This document shows, piece after piece, positions 50,465 to 60,971 of a stretch of 64,000 nt of DNA. The stretch comes from an uncultured Agathobaculum sp. GTDB taxonomy: Bacteria > Bacillota > Clostridia > Oscillospirales > Butyricicoccaceae. The translations under genes and the position numbers were made by a program. Each line of letters begins with the position of its first letter. The stretch's first letter is position 1. The stretch lies in assembly GCF_934504345.1 (NCBI RefSeq), contig NZ_CAKSVR010000006.1; one strand, written 5' to 3'. The notes below the pieces were generated by a model that was not told the DNA's origin, made no database searches, and saw only the letters and a list, made by a program, of their open reading frames with translations.

Positions 50465-52912
50465 TTAGAATGCGAAATTCGTTTTTACGCGCCAGATATT
50501 CTGTGCGTACTCAGCGATGGAGCGGTCGGCTGCGAAGCGGCCGGAGTTTGCGATATTGATAAGCGCCATGCGGTTCCACTTATCCTGATCGCGGTAAACC
50601 TCGCTCACGCGCTCCTGCGCTGCGGCGTAGGAGGCGAAGTCCTTGAGGCTCATATAGCGGTCAGCCGGGCCGCCGTTGCCGCCGTGCAGCAGCAGGTTGG
50701 CAATATCGGTGTAGTCCACGCCGTCACCGAAGCCGTGGATGATCTGATCGAGCACACGGCGGATGACCGGATCGTTCTGGTAAATGACCATCGGCTCGTA
50801 GCTGCCGGAAGCGGCCAGCGCTTCCGCCTCGGGCGTTTCCATACCGAAGATGAAGATGTTGTCGCGGCCAACAGCCTCACAGATCTCGACGTTCGCACCG
50901 TCCATCGTGCCGATGGTGAGCGCGCCGTTCATCATGAACTTCATGTTGCCGGTGCCGGAAGCCTCCTTGCCGGCGATGGAGATCTGCTCGGAAACCTCGG
51001 CAGCGGGCATGATGATCTCAGCCAGCGATACCTTGTAGTCCTCGAGGAATACGACCTTCAGCTTGTCGCGTACTGCCGGATCGTTGTCGATCATGCGGGA
51101 GATGGAGTTGATGAGCTGGATGGTCTTTTTCGCAACTGCGTAGCCCGGTGCGGCCTTGGAGCCGAAAATGAACGTGCGCGGTACGAAATCCATATCCGGG
51201 TTGTCTTTCAGCTTGTGGTACAGGCTGATGATGTGCAGGATGTTGAGCATCTGGCGCTTGTACTCGTGCAGGCGCTTTACCTGAACATCAAAGATGGAGT
51301 CCATGTTGACCTCGATGCCGTTGTGCTCCTTGATATAGTCAGCCAGACGCTGCTTGTTGTGGCGCTTGATCTCGCCCAGCTTGTTGAGCAGCTCCTTGTC
51401 GTCCGCATAGTTGTTCAGAACCTGAAGCTCGGACGGATGGGTGCGGTAGCCGGTGCCGATCTTGCTCTCGATGAGCTCTGCCAGCTCCGGGTTGGCCTCG
51501 CACAGCCAGCGGCGGTGCGCGATGCCGTTGGTAACGTTGCAGAACTTGGAGGAGTAGATCTTGTAGAAGTCGGTGAATACGCGCTCCTTGAGGATCTCAG
51601 AGTGCAGCGCGGATACGCCGTTGATGGAGAACGAGCCTGCGATCGCCAGATGGGCCATGCGGACGGTATCGTCAGCAACGATAGCCAGCTTGGAGATCTT
51701 CTGGAAGTCGTTCGGGAAGTAGTTCCACAGCTCGGTGCAGAAGCGCTCGTTGATCTCGTAGATGATCTGCATGATGCGCGGCATGAGCTCCTGAACGAGC
51801 GATACCGGCCAGCACTCGAGTGCCTCGGGCATAACGGTGTGGTTGGTGTAAGCGACGGACTGGCTGGTGATGTTCCATGCCTGCTCCCAGCTCATGTCGT
51901 TCTCGTCCATCAGGATACGCATCAGCTCCGGGATAACGAGGGTCGGGTGCGTATCGTTGATGTGCAGAACGTGCTTGTGCGCGAAGTTCTCGAGCGTGCC
52001 GTACTTGACCTTGTGCTTGGCGCAGATGTCCTGCAGGGTTGCGGAAACGAGGAAATACTGCTGCTTCAGGCGCAGGGACTGACCCTCGCGGTGGTTATCC
52101 TCCGGATAGAGGACCATCGAGATGGTTTCCGCCAGTGCGTGCTTCTCCAGCGCCTTCAGGTACTCGCCGGAGGAGAACAGCTTCATGTCCAGCGCGATCG
52201 GGCTCTGTGCCTTCCACAGGCGCAGGCGGGCGATGTTGTTGGTGTCGTAGCCGGAGATGGGCATATCATACGGCACCGCGAGGACCGGCGTGTAATCGTG
52301 GTAGTTGACGACCAGCTTGCCGTTCTCGTCAAAGTAGGTGTCTACCGAGCCGCCGATCTTAACCTCACGGGTTTCGTCCATCGCAGGGATCTGCCAAACC
52401 TCGCCGGTAGCGAGCCACGAATCCGGCAGCTCGACCTGCTGGCCCTCAACGATCTTCTGCTTGAAAATGCCGTGCTCGTAGCGGATGGAGTAGCCGGTGC
52501 CGCGCACGCCGTCGGTCGCCATGCCGTCCATGTAGCAGGCAGCCAGACGGCCGAGGCCGCCGTTGCCCAGACCGGGATCGGCTTCTTCCTCGAAGATGTC
52601 TGCCATCTCGAAGCCCATATCCTTGAGGGCTGCGGTCAGTGCATCCAGCATACCGAGGTTGTAGGCGTTGTTGCGCAGGCTGCGGCCGACAAGAAATTCC
52701 ATGCACAGATAATGCACCTGACGCTCTCCGTCGCGCTCTACCTCATTCTGGGTTTCGATCATGTGCTCAGTCAGTGCATCGCGCACTACGAGGGCACAAG
52801 CCTCGTATACCTGATCCTTGGTAGCGTCCTCTACCTCGCAGGCGAAATGTCTTTGCAGCTTACCTGCAATGGCTTCTTTCAAAGCGGTCTTTGTGTACTG
52901 GGTCTTTGGCAT
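50465..52912 (-). CDS. glgP: Glycogen/alpha-glucan phosphorylase (GT35)
   Basis: 815 aa from MPKTQYTK, with the EASGTGNMKFMMNGA PLP-site motif. The upstream part of the track ORF is translated repeat B5. Confidence 0.95.
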   Translation of the reverse strand: MPKTQYTKTALKEAIAGKLQRHFACEVEDATKDQVYEACALVVRDALTEHMIETQNEVERDGERQVHYLCMEFLVGRSLRNNAYNLGMLDALTAALKDMGFEMADIFEEEADPGLGNGGLGRLAACYMDGMATDGVRGTGYSIRYEHGIFKQKIVEGQQVELPDSWLATGEVWQIPAMDETREVKIGGSVDTYFDENGKLVVNYHDYTPVLAVPYDMPISGYDTNNIARLRLWKAQSPIALDMKLFSSGEYLKALEKHALAETISMVLYPEDNHREGQSLRLKQQYFLVSATLQDICAKHKVKYGTLENFAHKHVLHINDTHPTLVIPELMRILMDENDMSWEQAWNITSQSVAYTNHTVMPEALECWPVSLVQELMPRIMQIIYEINERFCTELWNYFPNDFQKISKLAIVADDTVRMAHLAIAGSFSINGVSALHSEILKERVFTDFYKIYSSKFCNVTNGIAHRRWLCEANPELAELIESKIGTGYRTHPSELQVLNNYADDKELLNKLGEIKRHNKQRLADYIKEHNGIEVNMDSIFDVQVKRLHEYKRQMLNILHIISLYHKLKDNPDMDFVPRTFIFGSKAAPGYAVAKKTIQLINSISRMIDNDPAVRDKLKVVFLEDYKVSLAEIIMPAAEVSEQISIAGKEASGTGNMKFMMNGALTIGTMDGANVEICEAVGRDNIFIFGMETPEAEALAASGSYEPMVIYQNDPVIRRVLDQIIHGFGDGVDYTDIANLLLHGGNGGPADRYMSLKDFASYAAAQERVSEVYRDQDKWNRMALINIANSGRFAADRSIAEYAQNIWRVKTNFAF

Positions 52913-52961
52913 GGTCTTTCTTATCTCCTCACATAGTTGTTTGGAGGTACTGCCGAGCGAT

Positions 52962-53090
52962 ACGGCGGCGGTGCTTTGCGGAAATTTTGTGCTCTGGCAT
53001 CGTTGCGCTTCCTTGCAATACACAAAGTATTGCTGCGGAACCGCGCCTCGCCAGAACGCAAACTTTACTCGCAAATCACTCTTGCCGCAT
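52962..53090 (+). repeat. Repeat family B, degenerate internal fragment B5 (no terminal repeats)
   Basis: GGTGCTTTGCGGAAATTTTGTGCTCTG...TGCAATACACAAAGTATTGCTGCGG...CGCAAACTTTACTCGCAAATCACTCTTG aligns to the B interior. Confidence 0.65.
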
Positions 53091-53213
53091 CACTCGTCAG
53101 CACCTCTGATGGTGCCGCGGATTATACGGAAACACCTGACGATATTGCAGCAATATCGTCGTTTGCCGCCGCTGCATTTCCCTCAAACGCAGCGGCGGGT
53201 CGGGTCGATGGAC

Positions 53214-54650
53214 TTACTGGCCCATCGCGGTCTTATAGACCTCGATATATTTATCGGCAGAGCTGCCCCAGCTGAAGTCGCTCTGCATACCCTGCATAAC
53301 CAGCTTGTTCCACGCGGGCTTGTTGAAGCGGAACACGCCGCAGGCCTCACGGATAACGTGCAACATATCGTGCGCGTTATAGCTTGCAAAGGTAAAGCCG
53401 TTGCCTATGCCGGCGTAATCGACAAAGGCGTGAACGGTGTCCTTGAGGCCGCCGGTTTCGCGGACGATCGGAATGGTGCCGTAGCGCAGCGCGATCATCT
53501 GTGCAAGGCCGCACGGCTCGAACTTGGACGGCATCAGGAACATATCCGCACCGGCATAGATGCGGTTTGCGAGGTCGCCCGAGAACATGATGGATGCGGA
53601 AACCTTATCCGGCCAGCGGCGCTTTGCCTCGATGAACATCTGCTCATAGCGGTAATCGCCGGTGCCGAGCACGATCAGGCGAACGTCATCCGCCAGAATA
53701 TCCGGCAGGACAGCCTCGACCAGATCAAGGCCCTTTTGATCGACAAAGCGGGTAACGATGCCGATGACAGGCGTGTTTGCATCGCCCTCAAGACCGCAGA
53801 GCTTCAAAAGCTCGGTCTTGTTGACCAGCTTATCCTGCGGGTTGTTCGGGCCGTAGTTCTTGAAGATCTTGCTGTCGGTTTCCGGATTGAACGCATCCAT
53901 GTTGATGCCGTTCAGGATGCCGTGCAGCTTGTAGCTGTTCATGCGGAGCACGGAATCCAGACGGTAGCCGTAGTATTCGGTCTGGATCTCGTTCGCGTAG
54001 GTCGGGGATACCGTGGTAACGGCGGTGGAAGCCACGATAGCGGCCTTCATCAGGTTGACGTCGCCGTCCATCGCCATAAAGCCGGAGCGGAAATGCGCGT
54101 CGTCGATGCCGAGCACATACTCCAGGATCTCTCGGCCGTAGCGGCCCTGATACTGGATGTTGTGGATGGTGAACACGGTCTTGATGTTCTCGTAGAACGG
54201 GCGGGAGGCGAACATCAGGTTGTAGTAGACCGGCACGAGCGCGGTCTGCCAGTCGTTGCAGTTGATGACATCCGGCTTCCACTCCAGATCGGGCAGTACC
54301 TCGAGCACGGCCTTGGAGTAGTACGCGAAGCGCTCTGCATCGTCGTACTCGCCGTAGATCTGGCCGCGGGCGAAATAATACTCGTTGTCGATAAAGTAAT
54401 AGGTCACGCCGTCCGCTTCATAGCGGAAGATGCCGCAATACTGGTTGCGCCAGCCCAGACGGACATAGGCGTTCTTGATGTAATAGAACTTTTCGCGCAT
54501 ACTCTGGTCGATCGCGGAATACAGCGGACAGAATACACGCACATCATGTCCCTTGGCCGCCAGCGCCTGCGGCAGGGAACCTGCGACATCGCCCAGTCCG
54601 CCGGTCTTGATGAACGGAGCGCATTCGCTGGTAACGTACATTATTTTCAT
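53214..54650 (-). CDS. glgA: Glycogen synthase (ADP-glucose type, GT5)
   Basis: MKIMYVTSECAPFIKTGGLGDV N-terminus. Confidence 0.96.
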   Translation of the reverse strand: MKIMYVTSECAPFIKTGGLGDVAGSLPQALAAKGHDVRVFCPLYSAIDQSMREKFYYIKNAYVRLGWRNQYCGIFRYEADGVTYYFIDNEYYFARGQIYGEYDDAERFAYYSKAVLEVLPDLEWKPDVINCNDWQTALVPVYYNLMFASRPFYENIKTVFTIHNIQYQGRYGREILEYVLGIDDAHFRSGFMAMDGDVNLMKAAIVASTAVTTVSPTYANEIQTEYYGYRLDSVLRMNSYKLHGILNGINMDAFNPETDSKIFKNYGPNNPQDKLVNKTELLKLCGLEGDANTPVIGIVTRFVDQKGLDLVEAVLPDILADDVRLIVLGTGDYRYEQMFIEAKRRWPDKVSASIMFSGDLANRIYAGADMFLMPSKFEPCGLAQMIALRYGTIPIVRETGGLKDTVHAFVDYAGIGNGFTFASYNAHDMLHVIREACGVFRFNKPAWNKLVMQGMQSDFSWGSSADKYIEVYKTAMGQ

Positions 54651-54827
54651 AAAAGCCGAGCCTCCTCAGCATTGGGTGCGGGAAAACGGCAACTGCCTCC
54701 TCCCGCACCCGCTGTAATTTCATTATACTCGTTTCTGCTTCGGTTCAATATAGCAATGTTTCACGAACATTTGCACGGTTTGCGGAACATTTTTTGTGGC
54801 TGTATCGAACCTTTTACAAAAAATTCA

Positions 54828-55955
54828 TCAAACGGTCGCATTTTTGGCGATGGTGATGGGATAATCCTCGTGGCCCATCATCGTGCGGCCGTTGCGGATG
54901 ATAACGTTGCGGTCGGTGATAACGTGCTGGAGCGAAGCATCGTTCAGGATGCGGCCGCCCTCCGTGATGATGCAGTTCTTGACCTCTGCACCCTTTTCCA
55001 CAACAACATCGCGGAACAGGACGGAGTTCTGCACCTTGCCCTCGATGCGGCAGCCGTCCGCGATCAGGCAGTCCTCAACATCGGCCTCGTCGCCGTAGTA
55101 GGTGGGCGCCTCGTCCTGGATGCGGGTGAGGATGGGACGGGTGCGCTTGAATACCTCGCTGCGGACATCCTTGTCCAGCATATCCATGTTGGAGCGGAAG
55201 TAATCGAATGTATCCTCGATCTTGACGGCGTACTCGTTGAACAGATAGCCGGCAACCGTGCCGTCCATCAGGGCACGGGTCAGGAACTCGCGCTCGAAGT
55301 GGATGCAGTTGTGCGTTACGCAGTCCGAGAGCATATGGATGAGGTACTGACGGCTCATCACATAGATGCCGAGCGAAGCGTGCTTGCACTTGCCCTCGTT
55401 GCAGTCGCCCACGCGGATGTCAACGGCTTCCTTCTTGCGGTTGAGCTCGACATAGGTGGTGAACGGGGAGTCCTTGTGCTTCTTGGTGCAGACCATGGTC
55501 AGGTCCGCGCCGGACTTGATATGGCGGTCGAGCACATCGTCGAGCGGCACGTTGGCAACAATATCGCCGTCCGCTACGACAACATAGTCCGCGCGGTTCT
55601 TCTGGAGGAAGTCCACCGCACCGGCCAGTGCATCGATCTTGCCGCGGTATTCGCCGGTAACGAGCGGCGAAGCCTTCTTGGAGTACGAATACGGCGGGAG
55701 GATAGTAACGCCGCCGTTCTTGCGGGACAGATCCCAGTCCTTGGCATTGCCGATGTGGTCGATCAGGGACTGATACTTGTCCTTCATCAGCACGCCTACG
55801 CGGTAAATGCCGCTGTTTACCATATTGGAAAGCATAAAGTCGATAACGCGGTAACGGCCGCCCCACTGTACGGCGCCGACGGTGCGGTGCTCGGTCAGCT
55901 CACGGAGATCGTTGTCCGTATCGAATGCAATAATCATACCTAAAACGCTGTTCAT
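54828..55955 (-). CDS. glgD: Glucose-1-phosphate adenylyltransferase subunit GlgD
   Basis: GlgC paralog lacking the GGxGxRL motif (GAVQWGGRYRVIDFMLSNMVNSGI), in the glgC-glgD-glgA order. Confidence 0.9.
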   Translation of the reverse strand: MNSVLGMIIAFDTDNDLRELTEHRTVGAVQWGGRYRVIDFMLSNMVNSGIYRVGVLMKDKYQSLIDHIGNAKDWDLSRKNGGVTILPPYSYSKKASPLVTGEYRGKIDALAGAVDFLQKNRADYVVVADGDIVANVPLDDVLDRHIKSGADLTMVCTKKHKDSPFTTYVELNRKKEAVDIRVGDCNEGKCKHASLGIYVMSRQYLIHMLSDCVTHNCIHFEREFLTRALMDGTVAGYLFNEYAVKIEDTFDYFRSNMDMLDKDVRSEVFKRTRPILTRIQDEAPTYYGDEADVEDCLIADGCRIEGKVQNSVLFRDVVVEKGAEVKNCIITEGGRILNDASLQHVITDRNVIIRNGRTMMGHEDYPITIAKNATV

Positions 55956-55969
55956 TATGTGCCGCCCCC

Positions 55970-57178
55970 TTACTCTGCGTCCGGCAGATCCTTGTCTGCC
56001 ATTTCCTTTGCGGCCAGCTTTGCGCCGCTGCCGATGCGGACGCCCTCGGCTACTACCGCAACGCCCCAGCTGTCAACATCGCAGTCCGCCGGGCTGTCGC
56101 CAACGTGTGCGTTCTTTGCGATAACGGCGTTCTCTGCTACGATGGAGTAGCGCACGACAGCGCCCTCCTCGATGACAGCGCCCGGCATGAGGATGGAATA
56201 CTCAACCTTGGCGCCCTTGCCGATCCGGACATCCGAGAACAGGACGGATTCGGAAACATCGCCGTAGATCTCGCAGCCCTCGGAGAGCAGCGTGTGCGTT
56301 ACCTTGGCCTGCTTGGAGGTGAAGTGCGGAGGCGAACCGGTGGTGCGGCCGTAGATCTTCCAGTTGTCGTTGGACAGGTCCAGGCCGGAGGTCGGGGAGA
56401 GCAGATCCATGTTTGCTTCCCACAGGCTTTCGATGGTTCCTACATCCTTCCAGTAGCCCTTGAAGCGGTAGGAAACCAGCTTTTCGCCGTTGTTCAGCAT
56501 CGCCGGGATGATGTCCTTGCCGAAGTCGTTGGAGGACTGCTCGTTGGCCTCATCGTCTACGAGGTACTGCTTGAGCTTCTTCCAGCTGAAGATGTAAATG
56601 CCCATGGAGGCGAGGGTGGACTTGGGCTCCTTGGGCTTCTCCTCGAACTCGTAGATCGTGCCGTCCGGATTGCAGTTCATGATGCCGAAGCGGGAAGCCT
56701 CGGAAAGCGGCACATCGAGCACGGCGATGGTCGCATCCGCGCCGGTTTCCTTGTGCTGCTGGAGCATCTTGTTGTAGTCCATCTTGTAGATGTGGTCGCC
56801 CGAGAGGATGAGGACGTATTCCGGGTCGTAATCCTCGAGGAACTGGATGTTCTGGTAGATAGCGTTCGCCGTGCCCTTGTACCACTCGGTCTTTTTGCTC
56901 TCGTACGGCGGCAGAACGTAAACGCCGCCGCGCAGACGGTCGAGATCCCAGGTCTGGCCTGCACCGATGTAGGCATTCAGAACGTGCGGCTCGTACTGGG
57001 TCAGGATGCCGACAGTATCGATGCCGGAGTTGACACAGTTGGAAAGCGGGAAGTCGATGATGCGGTACTTGCCGCCGAACGGTACGGCGGGCTTTGCGAC
57101 CTTATTGGTCAGCACATACAAACGGCTGCCTCGGCCGCCTGCGAGCAGCATGGCTACGCATTCTTTTTTCCGATACAT
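55970..57178 (-). CDS. glgC: Glucose-1-phosphate adenylyltransferase
   Basis: [43 protein letters not shown]. Confidence 0.96.
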   Translation of the reverse strand: MYRKKECVAMLLAGGRGSRLYVLTNKVAKPAVPFGGKYRIIDFPLSNCVNSGIDTVGILTQYEPHVLNAYIGAGQTWDLDRLRGGVYVLPPYESKKTEWYKGTANAIYQNIQFLEDYDPEYVLILSGDHIYKMDYNKMLQQHKETGADATIAVLDVPLSEASRFGIMNCNPDGTIYEFEEKPKEPKSTLASMGIYIFSWKKLKQYLVDDEANEQSSNDFGKDIIPAMLNNGEKLVSYRFKGYWKDVGTIESLWEANMDLLSPTSGLDLSNDNWKIYGRTTGSPPHFTSKQAKVTHTLLSEGCEIYGDVSESVLFSDVRIGKGAKVEYSILMPGAVIEEGAVVRYSIVAENAVIAKNAHVGDSPADCDVDSWGVAVVAEGVRIGSGAKLAAKEMADKDLPDAE

Positions 57179-57270
57179 TAGTAATTCTCCTTTTTCACAG
57201 TCTGCATTGCTGCAAGTTGTACGCCGCCGGGCGGCGTATCCCCTCTGTGCTTATATGAACTGTCTGGCAG

Positions 57271-59463
57271 TTATTCGCTGTCGGATACAGTTACAGCCTT
57301 TTCCGTGGTCTTTGCGACCGCTTTTTCCGTGGCTTTCGTCACAGCCTTGGTTCCGGTGCGGGCTACCGCCTTTTCACCGGTCTTGGCTACGGCCTTGGAG
57401 GTCGTTTTTGCAACGGCCTTCTCCGTGGTCTTTGCAACGGCCTTGGTGCCGGTCTTTGCGACGGCTTTGGTGCCGGTCTTGGTCACGGCCTTGGTCGAGC
57501 GGGTGCGCTTTGCGGGCTTGTCGGCCGCCTCGGCCTTTGCCGCTTCGATCTCGGCCTTGGTGCGGCGCTTGGCTCTCGCCTTGCCCTTGAGGAACAGCAC
57601 GCCGAAGCGCGGGATCTTGAGCGCGATGGACTGCTCCTGCCCGTGCATGGGCTTGCTGTCGGTCTTGACCTTGCCGTTGGCTATGCCGCTGCCGCCGAAC
57701 TCGGTCTTGTCCGAGGTGAATATTTCTTCGTAGGTGCCGGTGATCGGTACGCCGATGCGGTATTCCTGCTGCTCCTCCGGGGAGAAGTTGACAACGACCA
57801 CGATGTCCGAGCCGTCCTTGGCGACACGGCGGAACGCGATGATGTTGTTGCGGTTATCCTCGTGGCTGATCCACTCGAAGCCGCGCCAGTCGGTATCCTG
57901 CTCCCACAGCTGCGGAGTCGCAAGATAGAAATGGTTGAGTGCCTTGACATAGCTCTGCATCTGCTTGTGCGCCGGATAGTCCAGCAGCATCCAGTCCAGA
58001 CCGCGCTGGTACGCCCATTCGGAGAACTGGGCGAACTCGCCGCCCATGAACAGCATCTTCTTGCCCGGATGTGCGGCCATGTAGCCGTACAGTGCGCGCA
58101 GACCGCCGAACTGGTTCTCATACGGAGGCGGCATCTTGCCGATGAGCGAGCACTTGCCGTGTACGACCTCATCGTGCGAGAGCGGCAGGATGTAATTCTC
58201 GGAAAAGGCATACATGAACGAGAACGTGATCTTGTCATGCATATCCTTGCGGAAGAACGGGTCGGCCGAGCAGTAGCACAGCATATCGTTCATCCAGCCC
58301 ATGTTCCACTTGAAGTTGAAGCCCAGACCGCCGTCATAGCCAGGTTTCGTGACCATCGGCCACGCGGTGGACTCCTCCGCGATCATCAGGACGTCCGGAT
58401 GATCGGTCAGTATGTACTCGTTGAGCAGGCGCAGGAAGTCGACCGCTTCGAGATTCTCGCGTCCGCCGTGGATGTTCGGCCGCCATTCATTCTGGCGGTT
58501 GTAGTCCAGATACAGCATGGACGCGACCGCGTCTACGCGCAGGCCGTCCATGTGGAACTTCTCGATCCAGAACATTGCGGACGAGAACAGCAGGTTTCGC
58601 GTCGAGGTCTTGCCATAGTCGAACACGCGCGTGCCCCATTCCTTGTGCTCCATCTTGAGCGGATCGGCGTACTCATACAGATGCGAGCCGTCGAACTCGA
58701 CCAGACCGCAGCCGTCCTTCGGGAAGTGAGCCGGAACCCAGTCCATGATGACGCCGAGGCCGGCCTGATGCGCCTTGTCGATCAGGTACATGAGATCCTT
58801 CGGCGTGCCGTAGCGGCTGGTCGCGGCGAAATAGCCGATGACCTGATAGCCCCACGAGCCGTCGAACGGATACTCGGTCAGCGGCATGAACTCGATATGC
58901 GTGTAGCCCATTTCCTTGACATAGGGAACGAGCTCGTCCGCGAGCTGGCGGTAGGAATAAAAATTACCGTCCTCGTGCATCTTCCACGAGCCGAGATGGC
59001 ACTCGTAGATGTTGACCGGACTGGAATACGGCAAGTGGTTTTTGCGCCACTGGAGCCAGCTGTCGTCGCCCCATTCGTAGCCGCTGATATCATACGCCTT
59101 GGTGGCGTTGCCCGGGCGGGTCTCGAAGTGGAAGCCATACGGGTCGGACTTGTCGAATACATCGCCCGATTTGGCCCATACGCTGTACTTGTACGCGGTA
59201 TATTCCGCGATATTCGGAATAAATTTCTCCCAGATGCCCTGCTCGTCGCGGGTCATGTAATCGGCTTCCCGGTCCCAGCCGTTGAACTCACCCATGACCG
59301 ACACGTTCGCCGCCTCCGGCGCGTACACGCGGAACAGATATCCCTGCTCGCCGTCCTGCACGAAGGGGTGTGCGCCCATGTAGTCATAAGCTCGGCAATC
59401 CCTGCCCGAGTAGAAAAGCTCGCTGCGCTTTTCTACGGCCGGGGATGCGGATTTCTTCCTCAT
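57271..59463 (-). CDS. glgB: 1,4-alpha-glucan branching enzyme with repetitive K/A/T-rich C-terminal tail
   Basis: GH13 branching enzyme core (DWVPAHF, GLRVDAVASMLY, EESTAWP). The last ~80 aa are 8-aa repeats of KAVAKTGT type. Confidence 0.95.
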   Translation of the reverse strand: MRKKSASPAVEKRSELFYSGRDCRAYDYMGAHPFVQDGEQGYLFRVYAPEAANVSVMGEFNGWDREADYMTRDEQGIWEKFIPNIAEYTAYKYSVWAKSGDVFDKSDPYGFHFETRPGNATKAYDISGYEWGDDSWLQWRKNHLPYSSPVNIYECHLGSWKMHEDGNFYSYRQLADELVPYVKEMGYTHIEFMPLTEYPFDGSWGYQVIGYFAATSRYGTPKDLMYLIDKAHQAGLGVIMDWVPAHFPKDGCGLVEFDGSHLYEYADPLKMEHKEWGTRVFDYGKTSTRNLLFSSAMFWIEKFHMDGLRVDAVASMLYLDYNRQNEWRPNIHGGRENLEAVDFLRLLNEYILTDHPDVLMIAEESTAWPMVTKPGYDGGLGFNFKWNMGWMNDMLCYCSADPFFRKDMHDKITFSFMYAFSENYILPLSHDEVVHGKCSLIGKMPPPYENQFGGLRALYGYMAAHPGKKMLFMGGEFAQFSEWAYQRGLDWMLLDYPAHKQMQSYVKALNHFYLATPQLWEQDTDWRGFEWISHEDNRNNIIAFRRVAKDGSDIVVVVNFSPEEQQEYRIGVPITGTYEEIFTSDKTEFGGSGIANGKVKTDSKPMHGQEQSIALKIPRFGVLFLKGKARAKRRTKAEIEAAKAEAADKPAKRTRSTKAVTKTGTKAVAKTGTKAVAKTTEKAVAKTTSKAVAKTGEKAVARTGTKAVTKATEKAVAKTTEKAVTVSDSE

Positions 59464-59701
59464 ACTGCATCTCTCCCTTATTTTCTCTGCCGGAAACAGT
59501 GCATTTCGGAAACATTTTCCGTTTTTTCCAATTTCTCAGCAGTTCCCTTTTCCTCTTTAGACATATCCAGTATAACGCAATAAAAAAGAAAAGTCCAGCA
59601 ATTTTACACAATCGCCGGACTTTTCTTTTTTATTTTTTGTTCGCTTTACACAGTGTTTGCCGGGAAATGTCGAGAAAATGTACAAATTACCGGCAAAGTG
59701 T

Positions 59702-60931
59702 TTATAAAATATGACGGCGGATCAGATCGAGCGCCGTGCTCGCCGCCTGCATTCTGACGCGGTCGCGGCCGAAGGAGGAATTGGTCTTGCGCGTGAAGAA
59801 CTTTCCGTTGTACCACACGCTGATATAGACCAGACCGGTCGGCTTGTCCTCGGTGCCGCCGCCCGGGCCCGCGATACCCGTGATGCCCACGCCGATATCC
59901 GCGCCGAGCGCCTTCGCCACGCCCGCCGCCATCTGCTCTGCGGTCTCTGCGGAGACTGCGCCGACCGTGTCGAGCGTTTCCTTTCTGACGCCGAGCACGT
60001 TCATCTTGACCTCGTTGGCGTAGGAGCACACGCCGCCCAGATAATAGTCCGAGCAGCCGGGAACATCCGTGATGCGCTTGGAGAGCAGGCCGCCCGTGCA
60101 GCTTTCCGCGACAGCGAGCTTGAGACCCTTTGCGCGCAGGCCGTCGCCGACGACCTGTTCGAGCGAGTCGACATCCACGCCGTATACGTCGTCGCCAAGC
60201 AGCTCGACGATCTCCCTGACCACCGGCTCGAGCAGCTTCTCGCACTCCTCGGTCGTGTCCGCCTTGGCGGTGACGCGCGCGAAGCACTCGGAGGTCTTTG
60301 CGTAAGGCGCGATGGTCGGGTTCTTGCTCTTCTCCATCATGTCGTGCAGGATGTGCTCCATGCTGCTCTCGCCCAGACCGAATACACGGATGTTGTGCGA
60401 AACGATGCAGCCGCCCGCCAGCTTGTACAGATACGGCATCGCGCATTCCTTCCACATCGGGTTGCACTCGCGCGGAGGGCCGGGCAGCATGAGAACGTGC
60501 TTGCCGTCGGCCTCGAATGCACAGCCGGGCGCGGTGCCCCAGAGATTGGTGAACACCGTGCAGCCCTCGGGCAGCCATGCCTGCTTTTCGTTGTTCTTGG
60601 TCATTTCGCGGCCGATGGTCTTGAAAAAGTCGGTCAGACGGTCCATCGACGGCTGATGCAGCGCCATTTTCTTGCCGAAAACGGTCGCGAGTGTTTCCTT
60701 GGTCAGGTCGTCGAGGGTTGGGCCGAGGCCGCCGGTGGTGATGATGATGTCGGCGCGGTCCTTTGCCTCGCGGACAACGCGCTCGAGGCGGGCCGGATTG
60801 TCACCGACAACGGTCTGGTAAAATACGTTGATGCCGAGCTCGGAAAGACCCTGCGAGATGAGCTGTGCATCGGTGTTCACGATGTCGCCCAGCAGGATCT
60901 CCGTGCCGACTGCGATAAGTTCTGCGTTCAA
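59702..60931 (-). CDS. cinA: Competence/damage-inducible protein CinA (MoCF-binding + nicotinamide-nucleotide amidase domains)
   Basis: MNAELIAVGTEILLGDIVNTD... N-terminus plus the CinA C-terminal domain. Confidence 0.93.
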   Translation of the reverse strand: MNAELIAVGTEILLGDIVNTDAQLISQGLSELGINVFYQTVVGDNPARLERVVREAKDRADIIITTGGLGPTLDDLTKETLATVFGKKMALHQPSMDRLTDFFKTIGREMTKNNEKQAWLPEGCTVFTNLWGTAPGCAFEADGKHVLMLPGPPRECNPMWKECAMPYLYKLAGGCIVSHNIRVFGLGESSMEHILHDMMEKSKNPTIAPYAKTSECFARVTAKADTTEECEKLLEPVVREIVELLGDDVYGVDVDSLEQVVGDGLRAKGLKLAVAESCTGGLLSKRITDVPGCSDYYLGGVCSYANEVKMNVLGVRKETLDTVGAVSAETAEQMAAGVAKALGADIGVGITGIAGPGGGTEDKPTGLVYISVWYNGKFFTRKTNSSFGRDRVRMQAASTALDLIRRHIL

Positions 60932-60971
60932 TGGATTTTCCTCCTTTGGAAAATGAGATAAGGGTTATATT

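Noticed and set aside
50447-55943. 829-aa and 1041-aa plus-strand ORFs (50447..52936, 52818..55943) across the glycogen operon
   Set aside because: Antisense to glgP, glgA and glgD, which carry diagnostic motifs. Same shadow-ORF phenomenon. The same reasoning applies to 894..2162, 8715..10259, 10313..11272, 14038..15258, 15197..17005, 20612..22015, 36366..37682, 42038..43372, 57643..59583 and 61029..62291.
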